Assembly: GCA_038228295.1 (NCBI GenBank)
Contig: JBBRPH010000004.1
Span: 11,118-75,117 of the forward strand
Reading direction: 5' to 3'
Origin: Chloroflexia bacterium
GTDB lineage: Bacteria > Chloroflexota > Chloroflexia > QHBQ01 > JAICKM01
DNA length: 64,000 bases
The translations under genes were made by a program, and so were the position numbers. Shown here piece after piece: positions 62,962 through 64,000 of this stretch. Each line of letters begins with the position of its first letter. Positions within the stretch are counted from its first letter, which is position 1. The notes below the pieces were generated by a model. It did not search any database. It saw nothing but the letters and a program-made list of their open reading frames with translations, and was not told the origin of the DNA.

Positions 62962-64000
62962 CTATAAGAAATCCTTGAAGCGCTCAGTCAGGCGCGGGGA
63001 GCGCAGTTTGCGGAGGGCTTCGGCTTCGATCTGGCGCACCCGTTCGCGGGTCACGCCCAGGTGTTCGCCGACTTTTTCCAGTGGATACTGGTGGCCGTTG
63101 CCCAGGCCGAAGCGTAGTTGCAGCACGATACGCTCCCGCTCGGTCAGCACATCGTCCAGTACGTCGGCCATTTCTTGTTTGAGCAGCGACTGGGCGGCCA
63201 TTTCTTCGGGCGCGGCGCTCGTTTCGTCGCGCACAAAGTCGCGCAACTGGTTCTCTTCCGACTCGTCGCCGACCGGGGCTTCCAACGAGACGGGAGTCTG
63301 CGCGGCCCGCAGGATTTCGCGCACTCGTGAACCTCCGATGCCCAGTTCTTTGCCGATCTCTTCGGCTTTGGGTGTGCGGCCCAGCTTTTGATGCAGGTCT
63401 TGCGACACCTGGGCCACGCGGCCCATTGCTTCTCCGATATGCGCCGGCAAGCGGATCGTGCGTGACTGCTCCGAAATGGCCCGCAGGATGGCCTGGCGAA
63501 TCCACCAAGTCGCGTAGGTCGAGAACTTGTAGCCACGCTCCGGGTCGAACTTGTGGACCGCACGCAGCAAACCCATATTGCCTTCTTGGATCAGGTCCAG
63601 CAGGGTCAGGCCCCGCCCGACGTATTTTTTGGCGATGCTGACTACTAAGCGCAGATTTGCCAATACAAACTTCTGTGTGGCATCCATGTCCCCGGCGCTG
63701 ATGGCGCGGGCGAGGGCAAACTCTTGCTGGCTACTGAGCAGCGGCGCCCGGCTAATTTCGCGCAGATAGAGCCGTACCGGATCGGTGACATAGGCCGGGT
63801 CCACCTGGCGCATGGCTGCTTCTTCATCAACCCAGGCCGGTTCTTCGTCTTCTTCATCACCCTCGATAATCGGTGCGACAGGTAGCGGGCGGGCGGTGGA
63901 CGGGCGGCGGCCACTCACAGCAGGTAGACTGCGCTCATCTTCCACCGGCAGGCCGAGATCGGCTTCAGCCGACAAGCCCGGCAGGGGCGACTCGATTAGA
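62962..64000 (-). CDS. rpoD: Primary-type sigma-70 factor (RpoD/SigA-like), N-terminus probably beyond the window
   Basis: Regions 1.2 to 4.2: [62 protein letters not shown] and [27 protein letters not shown]. The reading frame stays open to position 64000. Confidence 0.85.
   Translation of the reverse strand, partial: LIESPLPGLSAEADLGLPVEDERSLPAVSGRRPSTARPLPVAPIIEGDEEDEEPAWVDEEAAMRQVDPAYVTDPVRLYLREISRAPLLSSQQEFALARAISAGDMDATQKFVLANLRLVVSIAKKYVGRGLTLLDLIQEGNMGLLRAVHKFDPERGYKFSTYATWWIRQAILRAISEQSRTIRLPAHIGEAMGRVAQVSQDLHQKLGRTPKAEEIGKELGIGGSRVREILRAAQTPVSLEAPVGDESEENQLRDFVRDETSAAPEEMAAQSLLKQEMADVLDDVLTERERIVLQLRFGLGNGHQYPLEKVGEHLGVTRERVRQIEAEALRKLRSPRLTERFKDFL

Overview
This is a high-GC bacterial chromosomal segment, roughly 63-66% G+C by eye (not computed). 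SLH-anchored surface proteins, DUF2723 and GT39 membrane glycosyltransferases, LGFP-like wall-binding repeats and a 14-subunit complex I suggest a filamentous Chloroflexota-like organism; this is inference and is not verifiable here. The centre of the window (21.5-39.8 kb, minus strand) is a complete nuoA-N NADH:quinone oxidoreductase cluster. It is interrupted between nuoF and nuoG by a visibly lower-GC cassette encoding a PIN-domain toxin and a putative antitoxin. The flanks carry these genes: cell-envelope genes; two tandem TlpA-like thioredoxins; a Dam-type methylase plus a low-GC PD-(D/E)xK endonuclease next to tRNA-Val; a bacterial topoisomerase IB; a GH46-like protein with a GNRAVQR-type leader; clan GH-A and LGFP-like secreted proteins; an AMP-forming CoA ligase; a low-GC Mrr-type endonuclease preceded by a 196-bp MITE-like element; a GGDEF (AGDEF) protein; an AI-2E transporter; a 1255-aa SARP/BTAD-ATPase-TPR-HTH regulator next to tRNA-Glu; and a primary-type sigma-70 gene cut by the right edge. 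Four decayed genes are visible: a frameshifted MccF-like LD-carboxypeptidase, a GNAT acetyltransferase, a RelE/ParE toxin relic and a HicB antitoxin relic. The most unusual sequence-level signal is a population of short-period (mostly 7-nt) tandem arrays. They sit in intergenic spacers, partly as inverted pairs inside the nuo operon, and two arrays lie in frame inside one ORF. I found no CRISPR array, rRNA, integrase or transposase. I did not find a clear multi-gene novel system; the candidates most worth follow-up are the operon-splitting TA cassette, the MITE-like element with Mrr, the heptamer arrays and the leader-bearing GH46-like protein. All family assignments rest on motif recognition by eye and need HMM or BLAST confirmation.
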